NCBI GenBank assembly: GCA_965552135.1
Contig: CBEVQY010000031.1
Location: 1-26,637 of the forward strand
Direction: 5' to 3'
DNA length: 26,637 nucleotides
DNA from: an uncultured bacterium
Lineage (GTDB): Bacteria > UBP14 > UBA6098 > B30-G16
A model generated the notes under the pieces. The model saw only the letters and a list, made by a program, of their open reading frames with translations. It searched no databases and was not told the origin of the DNA. The position numbers and the translations under genes were made by a program. The first letter of the stretch is position 1. Each line of letters starts with the position of its first letter. Shown here in pieces: positions 8,022 through 16,055 of this stretch.

Positions 8022-8510
8022 ATGGATGTGAAGCTTGAGGTGGTTCCTCTCTCGTTCCCCGAGGGATGCAACGTAATTTTGGGCCAAAGCCACTTCATAA
8101 AGACGGTTGAGGACCTTCACGAGCTTATGGTGAACTGCAACGCCTCTGCGAAGTTCGGCTTGGCGTTTTCCGAGGCTTCGGGGGCATGCCTTGTGCGCAA
8201 AACGGGCACCGACGAAGAGCTTGTTGAAGTGGCGGTTGAGAACATAAAGAGGCTTGGGTGTGGGCACGCTTTCCTTATCGTTTTGCGCGACTCCTTCCCC
8301 ATAAATTATCTCCCTCGTCTCAAGCAGGTGCCCGAGGTTGTGAACATCTTTTGTGCGACGGCGAACCCTGTGGACGTTATTGTGGCGCGCATCGACCGCG
8401 GCGGCGCGATCCTCGGCGTTGTGGACGGAAGCGCGCCTGTGGGCGTTGAGGGCGAAGACGACGTTAAGTGGCGATACGAACTTCTGCGCAAGCTCGGGTA
8501 TAAGCTCTGA
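8022..8510 (+). CDS. adenosine-specific kinase family protein (DUF355/PAE2307-like)
   Basis: NVILGQSHFIKTVEDL, FGLAFSEASG, FPIN, IFCATANPV, ILGVVDG and terminal LGYKL motifs. Confidence 0.9.
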   Translation: MDVKLEVVPLSFPEGCNVILGQSHFIKTVEDLHELMVNCNASAKFGLAFSEASGACLVRKTGTDEELVEVAVENIKRLGCGHAFLIVLRDSFPINYLPRLKQVPEVVNIFCATANPVDVIVARIDRGGAILGVVDGSAPVGVEGEDDVKWRYELLRKLGYKL

Positions 8511-8521
8511 GGACGGGCAAG

Positions 8522-9205
8522 ATGGGCAGGCTTTTTCTCCTTTTCGTCGTGTCCGCGGCGTTTGCGGCGGGTGACGGTTGGCGCCTTGTGCTTTGGGTGG
8601 ATGGAGGCTCGCTCCATCGACTCGTCGCGGGGATGGACTCCGCCGCAACCGACGGTTTCGACCCAGGGGTCGATGTGGCGATCCCGCCCTTTAATCCAAC
8701 CTTCTTTTGTTACTTTGCCTGCAACGACCCGAGGTATTCGTATATCCCCGCGCTTTCTGCGGATATTCGTGCCCCTGCGGACAGTGCGAGCTGGCAGATC
8801 GTGCTGCGAAACGCATCGGTGCCAGTTGTGATAGAGTGGGACGAGGATTCGCTACCCGCGGGCTACTTCGAACTGGATGGGAACGACCTGCGCGACTTGG
8901 GGGGTGAATACGAGGTCCCCGGGAACGACACCATCGTCGTTCTCTCCTTCAGGCGGGTTCCGCCTGCGAAGCCCAGAGACTTCGTGCGGATCAGCTTCGA
9001 GCTTCCGCGCAGCGGGCGTGTGGAGGTAGTTGTCCGCGATGAGTCGGGCGAGGTCGTCGCGAGGATACGCCCCGGAAGGCTTGCCGAGGGCAAAAACTCG
9101 GTGCGGTGGAACACATCGGGCGTTCGGGCGGGGAGATACTTCTACTCCGTCCTCATAGGCTCTGACGAGGTTGCCACAGGCGAGGTCAGGGTGAGGGGGA
9201 GGTGA
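8522..9205 (+). CDS. small secreted hypothetical protein with a C-terminal FlgD-Ig-like domain
   Basis: Signal peptide; G.D..ATDGFDPGVD..IPP module; C-terminal ISFELPRSGRVEVVVRDESGEVV...G.NSVRWN...AGRYFY. Its stop overlaps the pyrF start (GTGA). Confidence 0.75.
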   Translation: MGRLFLLFVVSAAFAAGDGWRLVLWVDGGSLHRLVAGMDSAATDGFDPGVDVAIPPFNPTFFCYFACNDPRYSYIPALSADIRAPADSASWQIVLRNASVPVVIEWDEDSLPAGYFELDGNDLRDLGGEYEVPGNDTIVVLSFRRVPPAKPRDFVRISFELPRSGRVEVVVRDESGEVVARIRPGRLAEGKNSVRWNTSGVRAGRYFYSVLIGSDEVATGEVRVRGR

Positions 9206-10029
9206 AGTTGTCGTTTTGGGATAAAGTTTTCTCCGCTGCGCGGCGGAACGGCTCTGCGCTCGTCGTCGGACTTGACCCTGTGATCAGCAAACTTCCGGCG
9301 GGCATCCCGCGGAGCGCAGAGGGAGCGCGCACATTCCTTACGAAAATCATCTCCGCGACGGCTGATCTCGTCTGCGCCTTCAAGCCGAACCTGGCGTTTT
9401 TCCTCGCGATGGGCGCGGAGGGTTTGGACGTTTTGGTCGACGTCGTCCGCTTTGTGCCCGACCACATCCCCGTCATCCTCGACGGCAAGTTCGGCGACGT
9501 TGAGCACACGGCTCGGCAGTACGCGCTTTTCGCGTCTGACGTCGTCTGTGCCGACGCCGTCACCGTCAACCCCTACATCGGAAGGGATACGGTTCGCCCG
9601 TTTATGGAGGCGGGTCTTGGGGTGTTTTTGCTCTGTGCCACAAGCAACCCAAGCTATGGCGATATTGAGGGGCTTTCCGTCTCCGGCGGCACCCTTTATG
9701 AGGTCGTCGCTGGACAGACCGTTACGTGGAGCGAGGAGTTCGGGACGCGACTTGGTCTTGTCGTCGGCGCAACGCATCCGCAGGTGTTTGGGTCGATTAG
9801 GCGCGCAGCGCCAAAGGCGCCGTTTTTGGTGCCTGGCGTGGGCGCACAGGGCGGAAGGCTTGAGGAGGTGCTCGGGCATTCCGCCACCGCCGACGGCTTC
9901 CCGCCGATGATCGTTTCGGCAAGAACGGTCATCTACGCCTCGAGCGGCGAGGACTTCGCAGAGGCGGCGCGGCGCAAAGCAAGCGAAATAAAGGAGGCGA
10001 TAAATTCCCTCGGGAGGTTGTTCCGATGA
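9202..10029 (+). CDS. pyrF: orotidine-5'-phosphate decarboxylase
   Basis: VGLDP, AFKPNLAFF, ILDGKFGDVEHT (DxKxxD), VNPYIG, TSNP, GLVVGAT and LVPGVGAQGG motifs. Confidence 0.96.
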   Translation: MKLSFWDKVFSAARRNGSALVVGLDPVISKLPAGIPRSAEGARTFLTKIISATADLVCAFKPNLAFFLAMGAEGLDVLVDVVRFVPDHIPVILDGKFGDVEHTARQYALFASDVVCADAVTVNPYIGRDTVRPFMEAGLGVFLLCATSNPSYGDIEGLSVSGGTLYEVVAGQTVTWSEEFGTRLGLVVGATHPQVFGSIRRAAPKAPFLVPGVGAQGGRLEEVLGHSATADGFPPMIVSARTVIYASSGEDFAEAARRKASEIKEAINSLGRLFR

Positions 10030-10616
10030 CGGCTGAGGAACTTGTGGAGCTTTTGCACCAGACAGGTGCGATAATGGAGGGTCATTTTCTGCTTTCCTCG
10101 GGGCTCCACAGCGATCGATACGTTCAGTGCGCGCGGCTTCTGCAATATCCCGACTACGCTGAGCGCGCCGGGCGGTTTTTGGTGCACCGCCTCGACGAGC
10201 TTGGGCTGCAGTGGCCTGATCTTGTGGCATCGCCTGCCATCGGGGGGATAGTGATAGGTCAGGAGGTCGCAAGGGCGCTTGGGGTAAGGCACATATTCGT
10301 CGAGAAGGACGACGAGGGCAATCCAACCCTGAGACGGGGTTTCTTCGTGGAGGAGGACGAGAACGTCCTTGTGGTCGAGGACGTTGTGACGACGGGGAAG
10401 TCGTCGAAGGAGGTGATACGGCTTGTTTCGGGCTTGGGGGGGAACGTTGTTGCGGTTGCGGCGATAGTCGACAGGACGTCGGGCAGGCGCAATGTTTTCG
10501 GCGCGATCCCGTTCGTGGCCGGCGTGAAGCTCGACCTTAAAACCTTCAAGCCCGAGGATTGCCCCCTCTGCCACGCGGGAAAGCCCTTGAAAAAGCCGGG
10601 AAGCCGAAAGTTCTGA
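10026..10616 (+). CDS. pyrE: orotate phosphoribosyltransferase
   Basis: GHFLLSSGLHSDRYVQC; PRPP-binding VLVVEDVVTTGKS; terminal CPLC..G..LKKPGSR; ATGA overlap with pyrF. Confidence 0.96.
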   Translation: MTAEELVELLHQTGAIMEGHFLLSSGLHSDRYVQCARLLQYPDYAERAGRFLVHRLDELGLQWPDLVASPAIGGIVIGQEVARALGVRHIFVEKDDEGNPTLRRGFFVEEDENVLVVEDVVTTGKSSKEVIRLVSGLGGNVVAVAAIVDRTSGRRNVFGAIPFVAGVKLDLKTFKPEDCPLCHAGKPLKKPGSRKF

Positions 10617-11621
10617 TCACCTCAAGCCTATGTGGTATCTCTCCAGTTCGTGCGGCTCCATCGGTGTGACCGTGAGGGTGTATCGTTCTCCCGCGGGGGA
10701 CCGCACCTCCACAACGACCTTCTCGGAGGGCTTTGCCTTTGTGTAGCGCGCCAGCGCCCTTGCCGCCAAAAGGATCGTATCGCCCCCTGCGGCGCCGTCC
10801 ACAAGCACAACGGGACCCACCATGCTTGCGGGCTTAAGCAGAAAACGCCTCCTGCTGAATCTCTCCTCCAAAAGGGCGTTTTCCGCGGCGTTCCGCCCGA
10901 CCACAGCGCGTATGCCCTCTATCCGAAGGTGTCTGCCGAGCTTGAGGAGCTGGCTCACTTCCAGGCAGAATTCGTCGTGCTCCAGCGCATCTTTGACGCG
11001 CGCAGCGTACCCCGGGTCGGTCAGAAGGCATCCGCCGGCGGGCGATGGGTAGTCTGTTATCCCGAGCTTTTCCGCCAGCGCCATCTGGCGCTTGCGCCCC
11101 CTGCCATAAATGCCCAAAAGCCCTTCGCGGTCGACGATGCCCTCAAGCTCAAGCCTCGACGGCGGCAAAAGCTTTGCGCAAAGGGGGCGGATGACCTTCC
11201 CCTCAACCCCGGCCTCCCGCTCGATGAGCGAAAGCACAGATCTCCGCTGCGAAAAGGGTCTTTGACCGAGGACCTCCCCCGTCGCCAAACCCTTTGCGCC
11301 GAACCGTTGCCCAAGCTCCCACGCACGCCGGAGAAAGAATATCCTGCAGTCTATGCATGGGTTCATCTGCGAGCCGTAGCCGTAGCGTGGAGCCTTCACA
11401 ACGGCGATGTGCTCCTCCCCAAGGGGTTTTACCCAGAGGTCGACTCCCAGATGCTCAAGGCGGTCCACCTTTTCGACGTCGCTCCAAAGTCCCGGCAGGA
11501 AAGGATGTCTGAACTTAAGCGCCAGAACCGAAAGCCCCTGCAGCGAAAGCAGCTTTGCCGCAAGCAGGCTGTCGAGACCGCCCGAGAAGAGCAAAACGAT
11601 GTCGTAGCTTTCCTTCAGCAC
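10617..11621 (-). CDS. ThiI/MnmA-like PP-loop tRNA thiolation protein with a DUF814/NFACT-R-like C-terminus (no THUMP domain)
   Basis: FSGGLDS PP-loop, NPCIDCR, TGEVLGQRPFSQ, RPLCAKLL, PSPAGGCLLTD, GRHLR and VVGRN motifs. Confidence 0.85.
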   Translation of the reverse strand: MLKESYDIVLLFSGGLDSLLAAKLLSLQGLSVLALKFRHPFLPGLWSDVEKVDRLEHLGVDLWVKPLGEEHIAVVKAPRYGYGSQMNPCIDCRIFFLRRAWELGQRFGAKGLATGEVLGQRPFSQRRSVLSLIEREAGVEGKVIRPLCAKLLPPSRLELEGIVDREGLLGIYGRGRKRQMALAEKLGITDYPSPAGGCLLTDPGYAARVKDALEHDEFCLEVSQLLKLGRHLRIEGIRAVVGRNAAENALLEERFSRRRFLLKPASMVGPVVLVDGAAGGDTILLAARALARYTKAKPSEKVVVEVRSPAGERYTLTVTPMEPHELERYHIGLR

Positions 11622-11679
11622 GGTTCCAACAATAGGGATTTTGCGGGGGTGCGAAAGTCTTTTTGTGCGGCGTTTTTTG

Positions 11680-14600
11680 CTACCGGGCGATGGTCACCGT
11701 TCCCCTGCAGAGGATCTTGCCGTTGCCTTCGATCACGTAGACGTATGTCCCTGCGGGAAGCTTCATCCCGCGCCTTGTGCCGTCCCAGCTTGCCGCGCTT
11801 ATGTCGCCCGGGGCTATGTCGCGGCAGAACATCTCGCGGCCGCCGAGGTCGTAGATGCAAAGCCTCGCGCGCGTGCTGAAGGGCTTTGGGTAGAAGAACG
11901 TGACGACGTCGTTTATCCCGTCGCCGTTTGGCGTGAACGGGTTTGTGGAAAGCGAGCATGGGTAGTCGGGCTCTATCCAGAACGAGAGGCTTTGGGCTGT
12001 GCAGTTTGGCGCGCAGGTATCGACGTCGTCGCAGGCGTAAACGACCATCTCCACCGTATCGCCCGGTGCTATGTTCGGTGCAGACGCAGCCGATACCCGC
12101 CAGCCGTCTCCGTAGCGCTCAGCGGCCGAAGCTGCGTCAATCGTATCTCCCGAGAGGGCGAAGCGCACCCGTATCGACGTCGTGTCGACTCCCGCGCCGT
12201 CGTCGGAAAGCTCTACCGTGGCGACGAAATCGGGCTCGGGCAGCATCGCCCAGGGCGTGGGATAGATGAAATCCACCGAAGGCGGCGAGAGATCGACGAA
12301 GAAGCTCCAGCGCTGCGCGGGGATGTTGTATCCCGACGCCGTTTGCGCCGAAAGAAGCTCGACGACGACCTCGCCCTCGGCGTAGCCGCCCGCAGGCGGA
12401 AGAATCACCAGCGTATCGTCGAAAACCTCAACGCGACCGCTGGGAACGTAAAGCGTTTCGCCGGCAACGCGCAGAACGACCGACGATAGGTCGACTTCGT
12501 CCTCGCTTTGCACAAGCAAAACGACCCGGATGTCGCTACATGCGGAAAAGCACCCCTCGGGCGGGGATATCATGCGAACCGTCGGTCTCGGGACGATGCG
12601 CACGCTGTCTATCCCCCAGTGCGCTGGCTTGCGGTCGGATGGTCTTTCGCAGTCGAAGTCGTCGTCCCAGAGGAAAAGCTCCCACACGAAATCGGCGTCC
12701 TCGCTCTGCGGCGGGATGGTGTCGCTTTCAAGGAAGACCGTGTCGCCCGAGGTTGCGACCACGTGCATCTCCGCCCTCTGCGCGTCCGCGGTAAGCTCGC
12801 CGTCGTTGTCCCACAGGATGTAGCAGTCCTGCGGGTCGGAGGGCAGCGCGGGAGCATAGATGCCCGAGCTTTCGACCACAGCCACACTTATGGCGAAGGC
12901 AGAGTCCGCAAGCCAAGTGTTCGGCTGGCGGCGGACGACCTTTGGCGGGGTGGTGTCGTCATCGGCGACGAAGAAAACAAGCGACGTTTCGCTCGAGTTT
13001 GCGCCGCAGTACATCGCGCAGTCACTTGCCCAAAGCGAAAGCGTCCAGGAGGTATCTTCCCACAGGCAGAGGTCGAGCTCCTCGGGCGCGAGGGCGATGG
13101 ATTCGCACTCCGCGCATCCAAGTGAAAGCCCCGCGATCCAAAGTGAGCACGCCTGCGTTCCGCAGCCTTCGTCGTGCGCTCGAACGTAGATCACCTCGGG
13201 CGGACCGACGACCGTATCGCCGTCGGCGATGCTCGACCAAAGCGCAGGCGGCGAGAGGTCCACGAAGAAGACGACTGAGTCGAGGTCGTCGGAGCTTGCT
13301 CCAAGGGAGTCGACGGCGTGGAGGATCTTAAACGATATCGTGTCGCCGTCGCCAAGCGGTGCATCGGGCACAAAGACGAGGCTGTCGCCGAGGAGTTCGA
13401 GCCTTGGGTCGTCGGTGCCGAGCGTCTCGCCGCAGACCACAACGACCAAACTCTCCTCCACAAGCGCCGCGCCGCTTGCTATGTGCGCGATTACAGCCTG
13501 CAGCGAGCAGGAGGTGAACGCGCCCATCTCGGGGAGTTCGATCCACGCCACGGGGCGAGGCAGAAGAACGAGCACGTTCCAGCACGTATCCAATGTGTTC
13601 GGTCCGCAGGCGCTGTTCGGGACGAGGTCGGCGACGTGAAGGCATGCGTGTATCGTGTCGCCGTTGCGGAAGGAAAGTCCGACAGACGAAGCATTCCAGA
13701 CGAAGCACGTATCGACCGCGATCCCCGCCCCAACCTCGAACGTGTCACCCGCTACCGCAAGGCGTATCGCCCCTGTGTCGACGCCAGCGATGCTGTCGCC
13801 TATGCAGAGCCAAAGCTGCGGCTCCGGCGTCGACACGCTGTCGCCTTCGCCGGGGGAAATGGAGACGAATGGCGGGGACTGATCAACGACGACCGAGAAC
13901 TCGTCGAAGCCCGTCCCGTTGCCGAACACGTCCGAGACGTGGGCGAGCCTCACCGAAAGCGTTTCGCCGTCGCGTAGTTCTATCCCCGGCGCGAAGGTCA
14001 AGGTGTCTCCGCGCAGAACCAGACCCTCGCCGTAGTGGAACACAGAGCCCTCGACGACGACGGAGATCGAAGAGGTATCCACCCCAGCGTCGTCGTACAG
14101 GAGCCACTCTGCAGAAAGGCTTTCGCATGCGGTGAGGGTTGGTGACAGAAGCTCTGCGCGGGGCGCTGTGGTGTCGACGGTAAAGGTCCAGCAGCTTTCG
14201 GCGGCGTTCGGACCGCATAGCGCCTCGTCCACCGAGTCGGCTGCGGCAACGCAAAGCTCCACCTCGCCCCCAAGCTCGATCCCGACGGCGCCGAGCGCTA
14301 CGGTAAGCGTTCCGCCCGAAAGGAAGACGCCCGGGTCACCCATGTGGAGCTCGGCGCCCGCCAGCCTCAGGACGACGCTTCCTGTATCGACGCCAACTCC
14401 CGAGTCGACAACAACGACCACAACCGATGAGTCCGGTCCGGTTGTGTCGCCTGTGGGCGATATGAGCTCGATTGTTGGCGGCGCGAGGTCAACGTCGAAG
14501 GCGAAGGCGCTCTCCGGCTCCGACACGCAGCCTATGGAGTTCACGAGCCTCAAAAGCGAGCCCTCGTGGTGCTCGCCGTCGGAGAAGCATTCGGGCGGGG

Positions 14601-16044
14601 TGAAGATAAGGGTGTCGCCCAGTGTGGAGAGTCTTTCGCTGCCGTAGACGGTGCCGTCGTACTCCACCCTGCAGCCGCTAAGATCAAGCGGATGCTCGGA
14701 GCGAACCAAAAACTTCACGACGCCGCACGAGCAGGCGGTCGTCGAGTTCAAGGGAGGGTGAACAAGCTGCGCCTCAGGGATATCCTGCGTTCCGAATAGC
14801 GTGATCCAGTGGACGACCGGCGGGTCGTCGGCCGGCGTGCCCAGCGCCAAAAAGAGCCTGTACTGCACAAACCTTCCTTCGGGCACGCCCGAGATGGGTT
14901 CGCATACATCTACCTCGTGCCAGCTGCTCCAGCTCGTTCCGTCGGGCGATGTCCTCACCTCGACGACGACGAAGGAGCTTCCGGGCAGGTCGACGCCCAT
15001 ACACACCGAATCGAGCCGCACAGGGCAACCCGCGTCGATGACGGCGGAGGTGAAGATCCCGTTCCCGCGACCGCCGTAAAACGAGTAAAACATCGTGTTT
15101 ATCATTGCCTTTGTCTCCCACTCAAGCGGCCTGAATGACGTGCCGTCGGTCTCCTCCTGATGCCCGGTCGAGAAATACCCGCAGAAGGCGTCGTATGTGG
15201 AATCGTGGTAGGTGTGCATGTATATCTGCCCCTCTGGTCCTCGGTACCATACCTGACCGGCGACGTAGTGCTCGCCGAAGGCGTGGCAGTCGGTGACGTC
15301 GAAGCTTTCGGGGAGGTCGAACGGGTAGTGGAGTATGGTCGCTGCGGGATCAGCCAAAGGGTCGCGGTGAACGGTATTGTAGATGTTTCCCGGCTCGGTG
15401 CATGGGACCCACTGGGCGTCAAGCCCCGTTATCGGCGTCAGGGTGTTGAAGTTGCCGTGGACGTAGTCGTAGAGGTCGAGGCAGGGGGTTAGCGGGTCGG
15501 AGAGCAATCCGTGGCGCTTTGCGATGGTATCGTGCGTTAAGACGACCCCTCTGCCTGATCTGGCATACGCTATCACGGCGGCTTTTGCGCTCTCCGAAAG
15601 GTCGTTGCCGCGACCACCATAGCCGTTCGCTATGCCGAAGATCACTATGTGGTAGTCGAGCATGCACCTGCTGCCCGCGGGCGCGCCCGTGAACGGGTCG
15701 TAAACCGTGCCCGAATCGGAAGGCGAGGTCACAAGGTTGAACTGGGAGAGGGGAACGACGTCGAACCTGAAGTGCAGCGGCGGGTGTCCTGTGGGCGCAA
15801 TGGTCGCAACGGCATCGGCGATGCAGTCGGTGCAGTGACCGTCGGGGTAGACCTGCAAAACCCTTATCGTGTCGTTGGTCGAAAGCGTCAGCGCGCAGTC
15901 GTCGGTGCCGTCGGGGTCGGGGACAAGAAAGTCCACAAGCACGGTGTCACCCGCCGCGAAATCGGCGAGGGTGCTTTCGGTGTGCACAAAATCCGCCGAC
16001 CAGGCAAAGCAGAGGAGAAGAATTGTCGGCAAAGCTGAGCGCAT
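11680..16044 (-). CDS. large secreted repeat protein: DUF5057/GATase-like N-terminal domain, tandem Cys-containing Ig-like repeats, and a gliding-motility-associated (T9SS type B/CHU_C-like) C-terminal domain
   Basis: Signal peptide from ATG 16044; IRVLQVYP...YHIVIFGIANGYG..DLS...YARSGRGVVLTHDT; repeated D..PP / GVDT.S units; C-terminal NPFTPNGDGINDVVTF...IYDLGG...WDG...LPAGTYVYVI...GTVTIAR. Confidence 0.85.
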   Translation of the reverse strand: MRSALPTILLLCFAWSADFVHTESTLADFAAGDTVLVDFLVPDPDGTDDCALTLSTNDTIRVLQVYPDGHCTDCIADAVATIAPTGHPPLHFRFDVVPLSQFNLVTSPSDSGTVYDPFTGAPAGSRCMLDYHIVIFGIANGYGGRGNDLSESAKAAVIAYARSGRGVVLTHDTIAKRHGLLSDPLTPCLDLYDYVHGNFNTLTPITGLDAQWVPCTEPGNIYNTVHRDPLADPAATILHYPFDLPESFDVTDCHAFGEHYVAGQVWYRGPEGQIYMHTYHDSTYDAFCGYFSTGHQEETDGTSFRPLEWETKAMINTMFYSFYGGRGNGIFTSAVIDAGCPVRLDSVCMGVDLPGSSFVVVEVRTSPDGTSWSSWHEVDVCEPISGVPEGRFVQYRLFLALGTPADDPPVVHWITLFGTQDIPEAQLVHPPLNSTTACSCGVVKFLVRSEHPLDLSGCRVEYDGTVYGSERLSTLGDTLIFTPPECFSDGEHHEGSLLRLVNSIGCVSEPESAFAFDVDLAPPTIELISPTGDTTGPDSSVVVVVVDSGVGVDTGSVVLRLAGAELHMGDPGVFLSGGTLTVALGAVGIELGGEVELCVAAADSVDEALCGPNAAESCWTFTVDTTAPRAELLSPTLTACESLSAEWLLYDDAGVDTSSISVVVEGSVFHYGEGLVLRGDTLTFAPGIELRDGETLSVRLAHVSDVFGNGTGFDEFSVVVDQSPPFVSISPGEGDSVSTPEPQLWLCIGDSIAGVDTGAIRLAVAGDTFEVGAGIAVDTCFVWNASSVGLSFRNGDTIHACLHVADLVPNSACGPNTLDTCWNVLVLLPRPVAWIELPEMGAFTSCSLQAVIAHIASGAALVEESLVVVVCGETLGTDDPRLELLGDSLVFVPDAPLGDGDTISFKILHAVDSLGASSDDLDSVVFFVDLSPPALWSSIADGDTVVGPPEVIYVRAHDEGCGTQACSLWIAGLSLGCAECESIALAPEELDLCLWEDTSWTLSLWASDCAMYCGANSSETSLVFFVADDDTTPPKVVRRQPNTWLADSAFAISVAVVESSGIYAPALPSDPQDCYILWDNDGELTADAQRAEMHVVATSGDTVFLESDTIPPQSEDADFVWELFLWDDDFDCERPSDRKPAHWGIDSVRIVPRPTVRMISPPEGCFSACSDIRVVLLVQSEDEVDLSSVVLRVAGETLYVPSGRVEVFDDTLVILPPAGGYAEGEVVVELLSAQTASGYNIPAQRWSFFVDLSPPSVDFIYPTPWAMLPEPDFVATVELSDDGAGVDTTSIRVRFALSGDTIDAASAAERYGDGWRVSAASAPNIAPGDTVEMVVYACDDVDTCAPNCTAQSLSFWIEPDYPCSLSTNPFTPNGDGINDVVTFFYPKPFSTRARLCIYDLGGREMFCRDIAPGDISAASWDGTRRGMKLPAGTYVYVIEGNGKILCRGTVTIAR

Positions 16045-16055
16045 CAAAATCTAAT

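Noticed and set aside
10632..11879. 415-aa plus-strand ORF
   Set aside because: It is an antisense shadow of the well-supported thiolase gene and has no recognisable motifs.
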